NCBI GenBank assembly: GCA_001821475.1
Contig: MHMF01000002.1
Location: forward strand, 1-33,004
Source: Candidatus Nealsonbacteria bacterium RIFCSPLOWO2_01_FULL_38_120
GTDB taxonomy: Bacteria; Patescibacteriota; Minisyncoccia; Minisyncoccales; GWA2-38-27
Direction: 5' to 3'
DNA: 33,004 nt
Part shown: piece by piece, positions 16,372 through 25,148 of the stretch
How positions within the stretch are numbered: the stretch's first letter is position 1
Layout: every line of letters begins with the position of its first letter
The notes under the pieces: generated by a model
Seen by the model: only the letters and a program-made list of their open reading frames with translations
Database searches by the model: none
Told to the model about the DNA's origin: nothing
Made by a program: the position numbers and the translations under genes

Positions 16372-18225
16372 TTATATTATTTCTAAATCGGTTTTTTGCT
16401 TGGAAAAATCGTTAAATTCTTTCATTAGCCGTAAAACCATTTCCGGATTTTTGCCAACTTCCGCCTCTTTTATTTTTTGGGAAATTTCGTCAAGCTTATT
16501 TTTGAAAGCCGCTGTTTTTATTTCTCTTAAACAAGCTCTGAATTCCTCCTCTATTTCTTCCGCTTCGCTTTTTTTCATCCAATCCATTTTTTTCTTTGCC
16601 GGGTCTTCGGGAGTAGCCAAAGCAATTTCCGCTTCCGACTTAATGGAAAGATATTCCAGCCGCTTTGCTAAATCCGAAGAAAAATTCTGAACGAGGACAT
16701 CTTTTCCCTTCTCTTTCTGCCTCAAAAAAGAAATCATATCAACTATATGAGGGGTGAGAAAACCAAAATCGCTGTCTTGAATAATATCCAAATTTTTCGG
16801 CGCCCTTAATGCCAAAATAACCAATCTTTCCTCCATAAGCCCCTGTCTTGTATTGACGACAAGCGGAGAAGAGGCGATTTCTTCAACAGCCGGCTCTGTT
16901 GCTTCTTGAAAATACGGCTCCTGCCCAGCAATTTCTATTTTTTCCAACTCCTCTAAAACATTTTCTTCTCTTGTTCCGATTCTTTCCGCTAAGTCCTTTA
17001 CCCAAAGCGATTGTTCAATTTTATTCGGAATTTTTTTTATAATCGGGATCAAAATTTTTGAAATTTCTTTTTTGCCTTCAAGGAAATTTTTGTCAAATTT
17101 TGCGAAAGTATTCTCAAAATAAAAATCGTGGATTGTTCTAGCCCTTTCAACTGAATCCTGCCATATTTTCGGATCTTTCAAAACAGCGTCAGCCGGGTCC
17201 ATATCTCCAGGCATCACCACCACTTTTATATTAAACCCCATTTCCTGGGCAAACCCTATGCTCCGCTTTGTGGCAGTGTCGCCGGCAGGATCCATATCAA
17301 AAGCAGTAAAAAGATTTTCCGAATGCCGTTTCAAAATTTTCAATTGCCATGGAGTAAGCGCTGTGCCGGAGCTCGCGACAGTATTTTCAAATCCCGCTTG
17401 TTGCGCCATTATGGCGTCCACATAACCCTCAACTAAAACAGCAAAATTCTTCTTTCTTATTTCCGTCCCGGCGGTTTGCAAGCCGTATAAAATTCTGCTT
17501 TTGTCGTATATTAAAGTATTCGGCGTGTTTATATATTTCGCTTCTTTCTGACCGTCAGGCCTGCTGTCATGCTTAAACACCCTGCCTCCAAATCCCACCA
17601 CTTGGCTACCGAAATCAAAAACCGGAAACATAATTCTCCCCCGAAATCGGTCATAGTAATTGCTTGATTTTTCTGATTTCAAACAAAGCCCGGCTTTTTC
17701 TATTTCTTCCCTTTTATAACCCCTGCTAACCAAAAAATCAGAAAGCCCCGCCCAAAGATCGGGCGAATAGCCCAGACGCCACTTCTTTATTGTTTCCTCT
17801 TTTATTCCCCTACCCAATAAATAATTTTTCACCTCCTTGCCTTCTCGACTTCCTTCCAGCTGTTTCTCAAAAAATTTACAAGCCAGTTCCGCGATTTCGC
17901 AGAGCCGCTGTTTTTCAGTGGCTAATTTCGGGTCCTGTCGTTTCAGCTCCACTCCGGCTTTTTTCGCCAAAATCCGCAAAGCATCCCCGAATTCCACGCT
18001 CTCTATTTTCATCACGAACTTAAAAATGTCTCCTCCCTCAGAACATGCTCCGAAACAATGCCAGCTTTGCCTTGCCGGAGAAACAAAAAAAGAAGGTGTT
18101 TTTTCAGAATGGAACGGGCAAGGCGCTCGAAAATTCACGCCCGCTTTTTGGAGCTTAACATAGCCACCAATAACTTCCGCCACATCCAGCCGGCTTTTTA
18201 TTTCATCAATCGGAGAGAATGCCAT
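16372..18225 (-). CDS. dnaG: DNA primase
   Basis: Zinc-ribbon motif [31 protein letters not shown]. Toprim motifs LVEGYVDAI and DMDPAGD. It lies upstream of rpoD, as in the conserved macromolecular-synthesis operon. Confidence 0.95.
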   Translation of the reverse strand: MAFSPIDEIKSRLDVAEVIGGYVKLQKAGVNFRAPCPFHSEKTPSFFVSPARQSWHCFGACSEGGDIFKFVMKIESVEFGDALRILAKKAGVELKRQDPKLATEKQRLCEIAELACKFFEKQLEGSREGKEVKNYLLGRGIKEETIKKWRLGYSPDLWAGLSDFLVSRGYKREEIEKAGLCLKSEKSSNYYDRFRGRIMFPVFDFGSQVVGFGGRVFKHDSRPDGQKEAKYINTPNTLIYDKSRILYGLQTAGTEIRKKNFAVLVEGYVDAIMAQQAGFENTVASSGTALTPWQLKILKRHSENLFTAFDMDPAGDTATKRSIGFAQEMGFNIKVVVMPGDMDPADAVLKDPKIWQDSVERARTIHDFYFENTFAKFDKNFLEGKKEISKILIPIIKKIPNKIEQSLWVKDLAERIGTREENVLEELEKIEIAGQEPYFQEATEPAVEEIASSPLVVNTRQGLMEERLVILALRAPKNLDIIQDSDFGFLTPHIVDMISFLRQKEKGKDVLVQNFSSDLAKRLEYLSIKSEAEIALATPEDPAKKKMDWMKKSEAEEIEEEFRACLREIKTAAFKNKLDEISQKIKEAEVGKNPEMVLRLMKEFNDFSKQKTDLEII

Positions 18226-18236
18226 ACTTTTTTTAA

Positions 18237-18958
18237 TTATTTGATTTTTGATTTAATTATTTCAACTAATTCTGCCGGTTCAACTAAAAATTTTTGGAAA
18301 TCACTTATATTTTTTCCCGTAATTCCAATCTGATATTCAATTCCTCCCCTATGTTGATGACTTCGTATTGGACACTGCTTTACTTCTTTGTTTGTCAAAA
18401 CCCAATAAATAATTTTATCCACCCAAACACCGACAAAAATAAAAACATTCGCTATGCCTAATTTAATCTGCTGAAAATTCATCCAATAAGGTTCACCCGA
18501 ATCAAAGCTTAATGCTTTAGTTTCTAACCCGCCTCGTATCTTTGTGTTTATTGCCCGAGATGCTTTAATCTCAACCTTAATTATCTTTTTATTATTTTCA
18601 ATGTAAAGATCATAATCACTAGAATACTTTTTATCAATTTGTTTTGATGGCTTCTTAAATTTCGCATCAATACTAATTAAATGCCGTTGAGCCCAAATTT
18701 CACCAAAAACGCGCGGGGAAACATTATAGAGATTTAAATAAGGGTTATCTTCTATATAAGATAAGAGCTTCTTAAAATCTCGTATTCTTGAAAAGTAATA
18801 ATTTGTCTATCCAGCAAATACATAAGACGATATTCATATTCATTAAACGGATAAATAGATTTTAAACCACTTAAACACTCCAACAAAGATTTTCTATCTT
18901 CTTGCGGTAATTCTTTGATCCATCCGTCAAGTTTATTATCTAAATTCTTTTTGTCCAT
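18237..18958 (-). pseudogene. Restriction endonuclease (PD-(D/E)xK) split into two reading frames by a frameshift
   Basis: ORF A (18752-18958, 68 aa) ends at TAG. A second frame is open from 18806 to 18237. It encodes ...VFGEIWAQRHL...DYDLYIENNKKIIKVEIK (a D...ExK motif). It has no ATG, GTG or TTG start before 18482. The two frames overlap at 18755-18806. The total span is not a multiple of 3. Confidence 0.6.
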
Positions 18959-18963
18959 ATTAT

Positions 18964-19941
18964 TTAAATTAAATCTAACAAAGTTGGCGCTCCTAATAGT
19001 TGCTCATCGTCTGCTAGAATATTACCTTCTTTCAAAATTTTGGTTCTGCCCCAGCCTATTTCTCCAGTCCGCCTATAATGTAATAAACGAGCAACCATTA
19101 TTTTGCAATAAGCGGGGTTTATATCCATCGTATAACATTTTCTCTTACTTAACTCCGCCTGCAACAATGTAGAGCCAGAGTGCCCAAAAAAATCAACAAC
19201 AAGGTCTCTTTGGTTGCTGCTCGCCTCAATAATCCTCTTGGCGGATTTAAGCGGTTTTTGAGCAAAACAGCCCTCTATATTTTCGTGCATTAAATAAAAA
19301 ACCTGTTGTATATCGTGCCAAACATTTCCCGCCCGAATAGTTAAAGATTTGCTCCGCTCAAAATTTTCTGTTATCTTCCCATTTATTTTTTTGTAATATC
19401 CTTTAGTTTTTTTAGGTATATCTGTATATTCGGCCCGAACATCAAAAATTGGCTCACCCTTAATGTAGTAAAGTAATTCTTGTCGAATTGCCATCCAGTT
19501 TTTTTGCGTCCCATATCCTCGTTGATTCCTCATTGTTATGAAATTCCTGATGCTTACGGGCTTATTTCTCATCATAATTATAAAATCGGGAAGTGGCTGC
19601 AAGCCGTCTCTAATATCCGCCCCAAGCCAGACATAAAAAGAGGAATTTTTATCAAGAATATCTATTGTATTATCAACCCATTTTTCACTCCAACCAATAT
19701 ATTGATTAAGCGGCAGATTTCCAAATTCATCATTTATATCAACATTATATGGCGGGTCTTGGATGGCAAGAATCGCTTTTTCATCCCGCATCAATTTTTT
19801 AACATCTTCCTTTTTTGAAACATCAAGACAGCCAACCCTATGACCGCTAATCGGGTCTTCCCAAATAAAACCGTACTCAAAATCAGGAATTTTAACTATT
19901 GTCTTATTATTTATTTTTTTTCTGTCTTGGACTATCGGCAT
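18964..19941 (-). CDS. Beta-class N6-adenine (N4/N6 family) DNA methyltransferase
   Basis: DPPY at 19747-19758 (AIQDPPYNV) precedes the C-terminal SAM motif DFFGHSGSTLLQAE. This circularly permuted order is typical of beta-class enzymes. Confidence 0.85.
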   Translation of the reverse strand: MPIVQDRKKINNKTIVKIPDFEYGFIWEDPISGHRVGCLDVSKKEDVKKLMRDEKAILAIQDPPYNVDINDEFGNLPLNQYIGWSEKWVDNTIDILDKNSSFYVWLGADIRDGLQPLPDFIIMMRNKPVSIRNFITMRNQRGYGTQKNWMAIRQELLYYIKGEPIFDVRAEYTDIPKKTKGYYKKINGKITENFERSKSLTIRAGNVWHDIQQVFYLMHENIEGCFAQKPLKSAKRIIEASSNQRDLVVDFFGHSGSTLLQAELSKRKCYTMDINPAYCKIMVARLLHYRRTGEIGWGRTKILKEGNILADDEQLLGAPTLLDLI

Positions 19942-20031
19942 AATTTTATTTCTTTTATAATTCTAATCCTTGATTATGTTATACTCTTTTTATAGCACGA
20001 GCCGGGCGCCAAATCAATCGGAAAAATTCTT

Positions 20032-20105
20032 AATTGTCCTTTGCTAAGCAAAGGATTTTCTAATAAGCAAAAGATTTTCTTGAATTGTCCTTTGCTAAGC
20101 AAAGG
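20032..20105. repeat. Two copies of a 23-nt direct repeat AATTGTCCTTTGCTAAGCAAAGG, each containing a 17-bp palindrome CCTTTGCT-A-AGCAAAGG (operator-like)
   Basis: Copies lie at 20032-20054 and 20083-20105, 51 bp apart. A partial AAGCAAAAG lies between them. The second copy ends 12 bp upstream of the glgA -35 hexamer. Confidence 0.7.
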
Positions 20106-20117
20106 GCAATATTTAAT

Positions 20118-20147
20118 TTGACAAAGAGCCGCGATAAAAAGTATAAT
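20118..20147 (+). promoter_or_regulatory. Consensus sigma70-type promoter for glgA: TTGACA, 18-nt spacer, TATAAT
   Basis: TTGACA at 20118-20123. TATAAT at 20142-20147. It lies about 80 nt upstream of the glgA ATG. Confidence 0.6.
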
Positions 20148-20227
20148 TAAAGCATAAGCCCATAAAAATAAATCGAAATACATCAAACCCGCCAATGCGG
20201 GATTATATTTTAGAAAATACAAACAAA

Positions 20228-21724
20228 ATGAAAAAGAATAACGGGCATAAAAAATTAAAAATATTATTTGTGGCGACAGAAGCCGCGCCATTCGCTAAAG
20301 CCGGAGGGCTGGGCGATGTGGTTCACTCTTTGTCTCTCGCTTTAAAAAAACTTGGCCAGGATGTCCGCATAATTATTCCGAGATACGCAACAATTGACCC
20401 GGAAAAATGCAAATTGGAGACAAAAATAAAAGGAATAAAAGTTCCCACTGACCAGCCGGGAGACAACCACTTTCTCGTTTGCAATGTCAAAAAAAGTCCC
20501 GAAAGCGATGTGCCGATCTACTTTCTGGAAAATATGGAATATTACGAACAAAGGGCGAATGTCTACGGATACGGAGACGACCACATAAGGTGGGCTTTAT
20601 TGTGCCGCGGCGTCTTGGAATTCTTAAAATTATTCCACTGGAAACCTGATATAATAGTGGCATCTGATTGGCAAACCGGCTTAGTTCCCAATTATTTGAA
20701 AACTACTTACGCAAACGACCCTGTTTTGTCAAAAATTACTACAATTTTTGCTATCCATAATCTCCAATACCAAGGAATGTGCGATTTCAAATTTGTGCAG
20801 GAAACAGAACGGGATTCCGGAAAAGAGCTGATTCCGGACTTCTTTAACCCGCGCTTGGCAAAACTGAATTGGATGCTAAGAGGAATAATTTACAGCGATA
20901 TAATAACAACTGTCTCCCCCACCTACTCCCAAGAAATAACAACCCCTGAATATGGAGAAAATTTGGAAAAAATATTTTCGGAAAATAGGGAAAAATTATA
21001 CGGAATATTAAATGGAATTGACTATGAAGAAAATAATCCAGAAAACTCCTCCAATCTCCCTGGCAATTATAATTCCAAAGCAATTGAAAAAAGAAAAGAG
21101 AATAAAATTTATCTTCAAAAAAAATTCGGGCTGGAACAAAACCCGGATATTTTTTTGATTGGAATGGTTTCCCGTCTTACTGAGCAAAAGGGCTTTGATT
21201 TGATAGAGAAAATTACCGAACCGATTTTCAAAAATCTCCCGCTTCAGCTTGTCTGCTTAGGCGACGGAGAATCAAGGTATAAAGAAATGATAAGCAAGGC
21301 GTCTGAAAAATTTCCGGATAAAATAAAATACTTTTTTGAATTTGATGTGAACCTGCCTCATATTATTTTCGGAGGAGCGGACGGTTTTTTGATGCCGTCA
21401 AAATTTGAGCCCTGCGGAATAACCCAGATGCAGGCAATGAGATACGGATGCATTCCAATAGCCAGAAAAACAGGCGGCTTGGCAGACACTATTTCCGACT
21501 ATGACCCAAAAAAAAATCAAGGAGATGGCTTTGTTTTCCAGGATTACGACCCAATGGATTTGTTTATAGCCATAGTAAGAGCTGAAACCTGTTTTTCTTT
21601 TTCAAAAGAGTGGAGGCAAATGGTCAAGAGAGCCATGAAAAGAGACTTTTCTTGGAAAAAATCAGCCCAAGAATATCTAAAGGTCTTTTGGCGGGCGATT
21701 GACAAGAAAAACAAAATAAAATAA
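20228..21724 (+). CDS. glgA: Glycogen (starch) synthase, GT5
   Basis: N-terminal motif KILFVATEAAPFAKAGGLGDV (KxGGLxDV). The length and C-terminal GT-B motifs (SRFEPCG-like SKFEPCGITQM) fit. The likely start is ATG 20228. Confidence 0.92.
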   Translation: MKKNNGHKKLKILFVATEAAPFAKAGGLGDVVHSLSLALKKLGQDVRIIIPRYATIDPEKCKLETKIKGIKVPTDQPGDNHFLVCNVKKSPESDVPIYFLENMEYYEQRANVYGYGDDHIRWALLCRGVLEFLKLFHWKPDIIVASDWQTGLVPNYLKTTYANDPVLSKITTIFAIHNLQYQGMCDFKFVQETERDSGKELIPDFFNPRLAKLNWMLRGIIYSDIITTVSPTYSQEITTPEYGENLEKIFSENREKLYGILNGIDYEENNPENSSNLPGNYNSKAIEKRKENKIYLQKKFGLEQNPDIFLIGMVSRLTEQKGFDLIEKITEPIFKNLPLQLVCLGDGESRYKEMISKASEKFPDKIKYFFEFDVNLPHIIFGGADGFLMPSKFEPCGITQMQAMRYGCIPIARKTGGLADTISDYDPKKNQGDGFVFQDYDPMDLFIAIVRAETCFSFSKEWRQMVKRAMKRDFSWKKSAQEYLKVFWRAIDKKNKIK

Positions 21725-21732
21725 TAAATACC

Positions 21733-21890
21733 TTGAATTGCGAAATTCCTTTTAAGTATTTTGTTTTAGTTTGAAGGCGTGCCGAAGCAAAAATTTTGAG
21801 GTATACTACAGAATGAAGTATACCGAAAAATTTTTGCAAAAGCGCAACCCAAGCCAAAACATAAAAAGTTGAAGGGATTTCGCAATTCAA
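21733..21890. repeat. Nested inverted-repeat element between glgA and the GH57 gene: 14-bp outer arms enclosing a hairpin with a stem of about 20 bp
   Basis: Outer arm TTGAATTGCGAAAT (21733-21746) pairs with ATTTCGCAATTCAA (21877-21890). Inner arm GCAAAAATTTTGAGGTATAC (21787-21806) pairs with GTATACCGAAAAATTTTTGC (21818-21837). Confidence 0.5.
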
Positions 21891-21901
21891 AGCATATAAA
21901 T

Positions 21902-23311
21902 ATGTATTGGGCAAATTTTTTGCATATTTACCAACCGCCGACCCAAAAGCCATATTGGATAAAAAGAGTAAGCGAGGAGTCATACTGGAAAATATTCCGC
22001 CTATTTTTGGAAAACCCGCGAGCGAAAATAACTATGAATATAAGCGGAATACTTTTTGAACTTTTTGAAAAAAATGGTCAGAACGACATAATTGAAATGA
22101 TAAAAAAACTTTTTGACCAAGGACGGCTTGAAGTCACCGGCTCGGCAAAATACCATCCGCTTCTACCCTTTCTGCCCAAACAAGAAATCATCCGCCAAAT
22201 AAAGCTTAACGAAGAAACCCTTTGCCATTATCTTGGAAAAAATTTCAGACCTAATGGATTTTTTCCGCCGGAAATGGGATTTTTTCCAGAGCTTTCACCA
22301 ATTCTGGAAGAGCTCGGATATAAATGGATAATCGTGGATGAATTGTCTTTTCCAAAACAAGCCGCGAAACAGCAATACAATCGGATTTACCAAGCATCTA
22401 ACGCGAAAGATTTTTCCATTTTTTTCCGCGAGCGAAAAATGAGCTGGGTAATACTTTCCGGCCAAATAGGAACCGGGAAACTGCTTCTCCAAAGTTTAGG
22501 CGACCGTTTGAAAAAAAACGAATACCTGATTACCGCAATGGATGGCGAAACATTCGGCCACCACAGGCCGGGCTTGGAAATGCTTCTTTTTGAAATTTAC
22601 AATTCCAATAAAATTAAAAATGTGAAAATTTCCGAATTGCTGGATTTATTTCCTCAAAGGGAAGAGATTGAGCCACAGGCCTCAACTTGGGCGCTAATGG
22701 AAAAAGATTTAGAAAAGAAAAAACCTTTTGCCAGATGGCAGGACGACGACAATGAAATCCATAAAGCTCAATGGGAACTGACTAAACTGGCGATTGATTC
22801 TGTTGAAAAATACGAAAGCAATAGCCCGGAATACCAAAAAGCTCGCCGCTCATTAGATAAAGCTCTACATTCCGACCAATACTGGTGGGCATCAGCCCGG
22901 CCGTGGTGGAGCATTGAAATGATTGAACTCGGAGCCAAAGAACTTTATGAATCAATAATTTCCTGCCCAGAAATGCCGGAGGAAATAAAAGAAAAGGCGA
23001 AAAAACTTTATCATAAAATAGTTTTCACCGCTTTTGATTGGCAAAGAGCGGGAATTATTGAAAAATTATCCCGCTCAGAAGATGAAGAAATTAGGCAGAG
23101 AACCGACGAAAGCTTGCCCCGTCTTCCTAAAAAAGAAGTTGAAAAAATGGTAAACCGGCTAAAAAAAGAAATGAAGCTCGTCGCGAATCGACAGGAATAT
23201 GAAAGAGCCGCCCAAGTAAGGGACAGAATTAAAGAGCTAAAAAAATATTCTTCCGAAGAAAAACTCGAGCCCTCCTCCGAGGGAAACAAAGAGTTTAATT
23301 TGAACAAATAG
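21902..23311 (+). CDS. Glycoside hydrolase family 57 enzyme with a C-terminal UVR (UvrB/UvrC-type) motif
   Basis: All five GH57 regions are recognisable: HIYQP, GRLEVTGS, FFPPEMG (Glu at 22271-22273), AMDGETFGHH (Asp at 22541-22543) and HSDQYWW. The C-terminal segment EKMVNRLKKEMKLVANRQEYERAAQVRDRIKELKK (about 23129-23245) matches the UVR motif. Confidence 0.85.
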   Translation: MYWANFLHIYQPPTQKPYWIKRVSEESYWKIFRLFLENPRAKITMNISGILFELFEKNGQNDIIEMIKKLFDQGRLEVTGSAKYHPLLPFLPKQEIIRQIKLNEETLCHYLGKNFRPNGFFPPEMGFFPELSPILEELGYKWIIVDELSFPKQAAKQQYNRIYQASNAKDFSIFFRERKMSWVILSGQIGTGKLLLQSLGDRLKKNEYLITAMDGETFGHHRPGLEMLLFEIYNSNKIKNVKISELLDLFPQREEIEPQASTWALMEKDLEKKKPFARWQDDDNEIHKAQWELTKLAIDSVEKYESNSPEYQKARRSLDKALHSDQYWWASARPWWSIEMIELGAKELYESIISCPEMPEEIKEKAKKLYHKIVFTAFDWQRAGIIEKLSRSEDEEIRQRTDESLPRLPKKEVEKMVNRLKKEMKLVANRQEYERAAQVRDRIKELKKYSSEEKLEPSSEGNKEFNLNK

Positions 23312-23343
23312 AATCAACTGCCAATAGAGATAAAAAAATCAAA

Positions 23344-24390
23344 ATGGCAAAGAAAAATTATATTATAATTTTGTTGGACAAAAAATGGATCGGCAAATTT
23401 TTCCAAAACCGGTTTGCTCAATATTTTCATGGAGCGAAAAAACTGATAGATTTTGACATAGAAGTTATAAAAATATTTTTGAATCATCAACGCCTTATTG
23501 CAAGATATAATCTTATTCTATCCGGCCGAAATGGAATTTTCAAAAAAACAATAATAGTTAAGGCCGAAAAAAAAATCGGTTTCTTTGGAAAACCCGCTGG
23601 AACAAAAACAGATTATTCAACCAATATATTTTTGAGAGAACAAAAATTAGACAATCTTGTTCCCCGTCCGTTGGAATATTACCAGCCCCTGCGGGCTTTT
23701 TTTTATGAAGCGATTGAAGGCGTTTGCTTAAGACAATTAAGCATTAACCGCCATAGTCAAGAATTTATGGATTTTATTCCGATAGTCGCGGAAGCCGTTC
23801 AAAAAATTCACTGCCTCAAAAATAATAAAATAATCGTCAATGGCCAACATTGGGAAAACAAACAACATAAATTCTATTTATTTTTGGTAAAAAAATATTA
23901 TCCTTTTGGATTTAACCATTTCAAAAATTTAATCCAGGCCTGCCGCGATTTCAAAATAAAAAACAAAAACTATTTTCGTTCCCGTTTCCAGTCCCTCCGA
24001 TTAACCCATGGCGACCTCCATAGTGGAAATATTTTTATAGTTAATGAAAATATAAAACTGTTGGACTTTTCCGACGCCAGCGCATCCGATCCCCTAAGCG
24101 ACTTGGGCTGTTTTTTTATTCATACCGAGCTTATGTTTGAACATGATTTCCATCAAAATTACAAAGAAATGACTGATAAAATGAAATTGCTATTTTGCCG
24201 AAATTATTTTAATCGCGACCTTTCCGATTCTGACAAAAAAATAATCTATTATTATATGCTTAGTAATTTATGCCGAATTATCAGTTATGCCTCTATGGAC
24301 GGGAATAAACACAAAGAAACAATGGAAGCCAATGATTTGCTGGAAAAATTAATCAAAATCGGAGAAGAAAAAATAAAAACCTCTTACTGA
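23344..24390 (+). CDS. APH/choline-kinase-fold phosphotransferase, possibly maltokinase-like
   Basis: Catalytic loop THGDLHSGNIF (HxDxxxxN). The LLDFSDAS motif is equivalent to DFG. It sits at the end of the glgA-GH57 cluster. Confidence 0.7.
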   Translation: MAKKNYIIILLDKKWIGKFFQNRFAQYFHGAKKLIDFDIEVIKIFLNHQRLIARYNLILSGRNGIFKKTIIVKAEKKIGFFGKPAGTKTDYSTNIFLREQKLDNLVPRPLEYYQPLRAFFYEAIEGVCLRQLSINRHSQEFMDFIPIVAEAVQKIHCLKNNKIIVNGQHWENKQHKFYLFLVKKYYPFGFNHFKNLIQACRDFKIKNKNYFRSRFQSLRLTHGDLHSGNIFIVNENIKLLDFSDASASDPLSDLGCFFIHTELMFEHDFHQNYKEMTDKMKLLFCRNYFNRDLSDSDKKIIYYYMLSNLCRIISYASMDGNKHKETMEANDLLEKLIKIGEEKIKTSY

Positions 24391-24450
24391 AATTCCAAAA
24401 ATACTCTCAACGATAAGCCAATACTACGAGAACACCTCCTGTACTATTTT

Positions 24451-25137
24451 TTAACTTTTCAAATTTACGAGATGTATAAATTTATCTAAAAATTTACTCA
24501 AAGAGAATTCATTTTTAATTAGTCGTTTTGTCTCAATAGAAAAATCAAAATCATTTAAATTAACAAATTTTGCTTTCTTATTTTGATCAAAATCTAAAAT
24601 ACAAATCCCTATTAAATCAGGTTTGTGGGGAAAATCCATGTCATTAAATAAATTTATGTATTTTTGTAAATATTTTTCAGACATAACCTCTACTTTCTTT
24701 TCTTTCCCCCGCAAATTTCCTTTATTTTTTGAATAATACGGCGTATGCCCACGAAACACCAAAAAATGAGCAAAACCAATATTTTGCCGTTTTATATTGG
24801 CTGTTTCGCCCATAAGATTTTCAAAATAGTTGTTTGCGTTTTGTTGATAGTTTGAGGTGATAAATTTGAAGCTTACAGTCGCGATAATTTTATCACCCCT
24901 GAATACGGCAATATCAAGATCTTTTGGATAATATTTCCCATCTATTGTCGCCTCTTTTCCGTCGCCAATTCCTAATGATTTTATTAAATAATCATCATTA
25001 AGCGCGTCCAAAATAGCTTCTGATAAAAATTTATGAATTGGGATCAATTTTTTATTACTTCTCGCCCCGCCTTTTTTATTATAAACCACAAAAGAAGCAT
25101 TAATTGCTTCTATAAATTTATCTTGTAAGTTATCCAT
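24451..25137 (-). CDS. Putative Type II restriction endonuclease (228 aa)
   Basis: It lies 11 nt downstream of the NPPY methyltransferase on the same strand. A possible PD..(S/E)xK core is KDLDIAV...ATVSFK. No family recognised. A decayed paralog lies at 27147-27566. Confidence 0.55.
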   Translation of the reverse strand: MDNLQDKFIEAINASFVVYNKKGGARSNKKLIPIHKFLSEAILDALNDDYLIKSLGIGDGKEATIDGKYYPKDLDIAVFRGDKIIATVSFKFITSNYQQNANNYFENLMGETANIKRQNIGFAHFLVFRGHTPYYSKNKGNLRGKEKKVEVMSEKYLQKYINLFNDMDFPHKPDLIGICILDFDQNKKAKFVNLNDFDFSIETKRLIKNEFSLSKFLDKFIHLVNLKS

Positions 25138-25148
25138 AATATTTTCTG

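Noticed and set aside
20032-20105. Possible mini-CRISPR, given two identical 23-nt palindromic repeats 51 bp apart
   Set aside because: There are only two copies. The spacer contains a third partial copy. No cas genes are present in the window. The repeats sit directly upstream of a promoter.
19974-20291. 105-aa minus-strand ORF in the methyltransferase/glgA intergenic region
   Set aside because: Its repeated peptide PLLSKGQ simply translates the two palindromic DNA repeats. It also overlaps the consensus glgA promoter and the glgA start. A regulatory DNA explanation fits better.
21624-21983. 119-aa minus-strand ORF spanning the glgA end, the intergenic element and the GH57 start
   Set aside because: It overlaps two well-supported plus-strand genes and the inverted-repeat element. 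No motifs were recognised.
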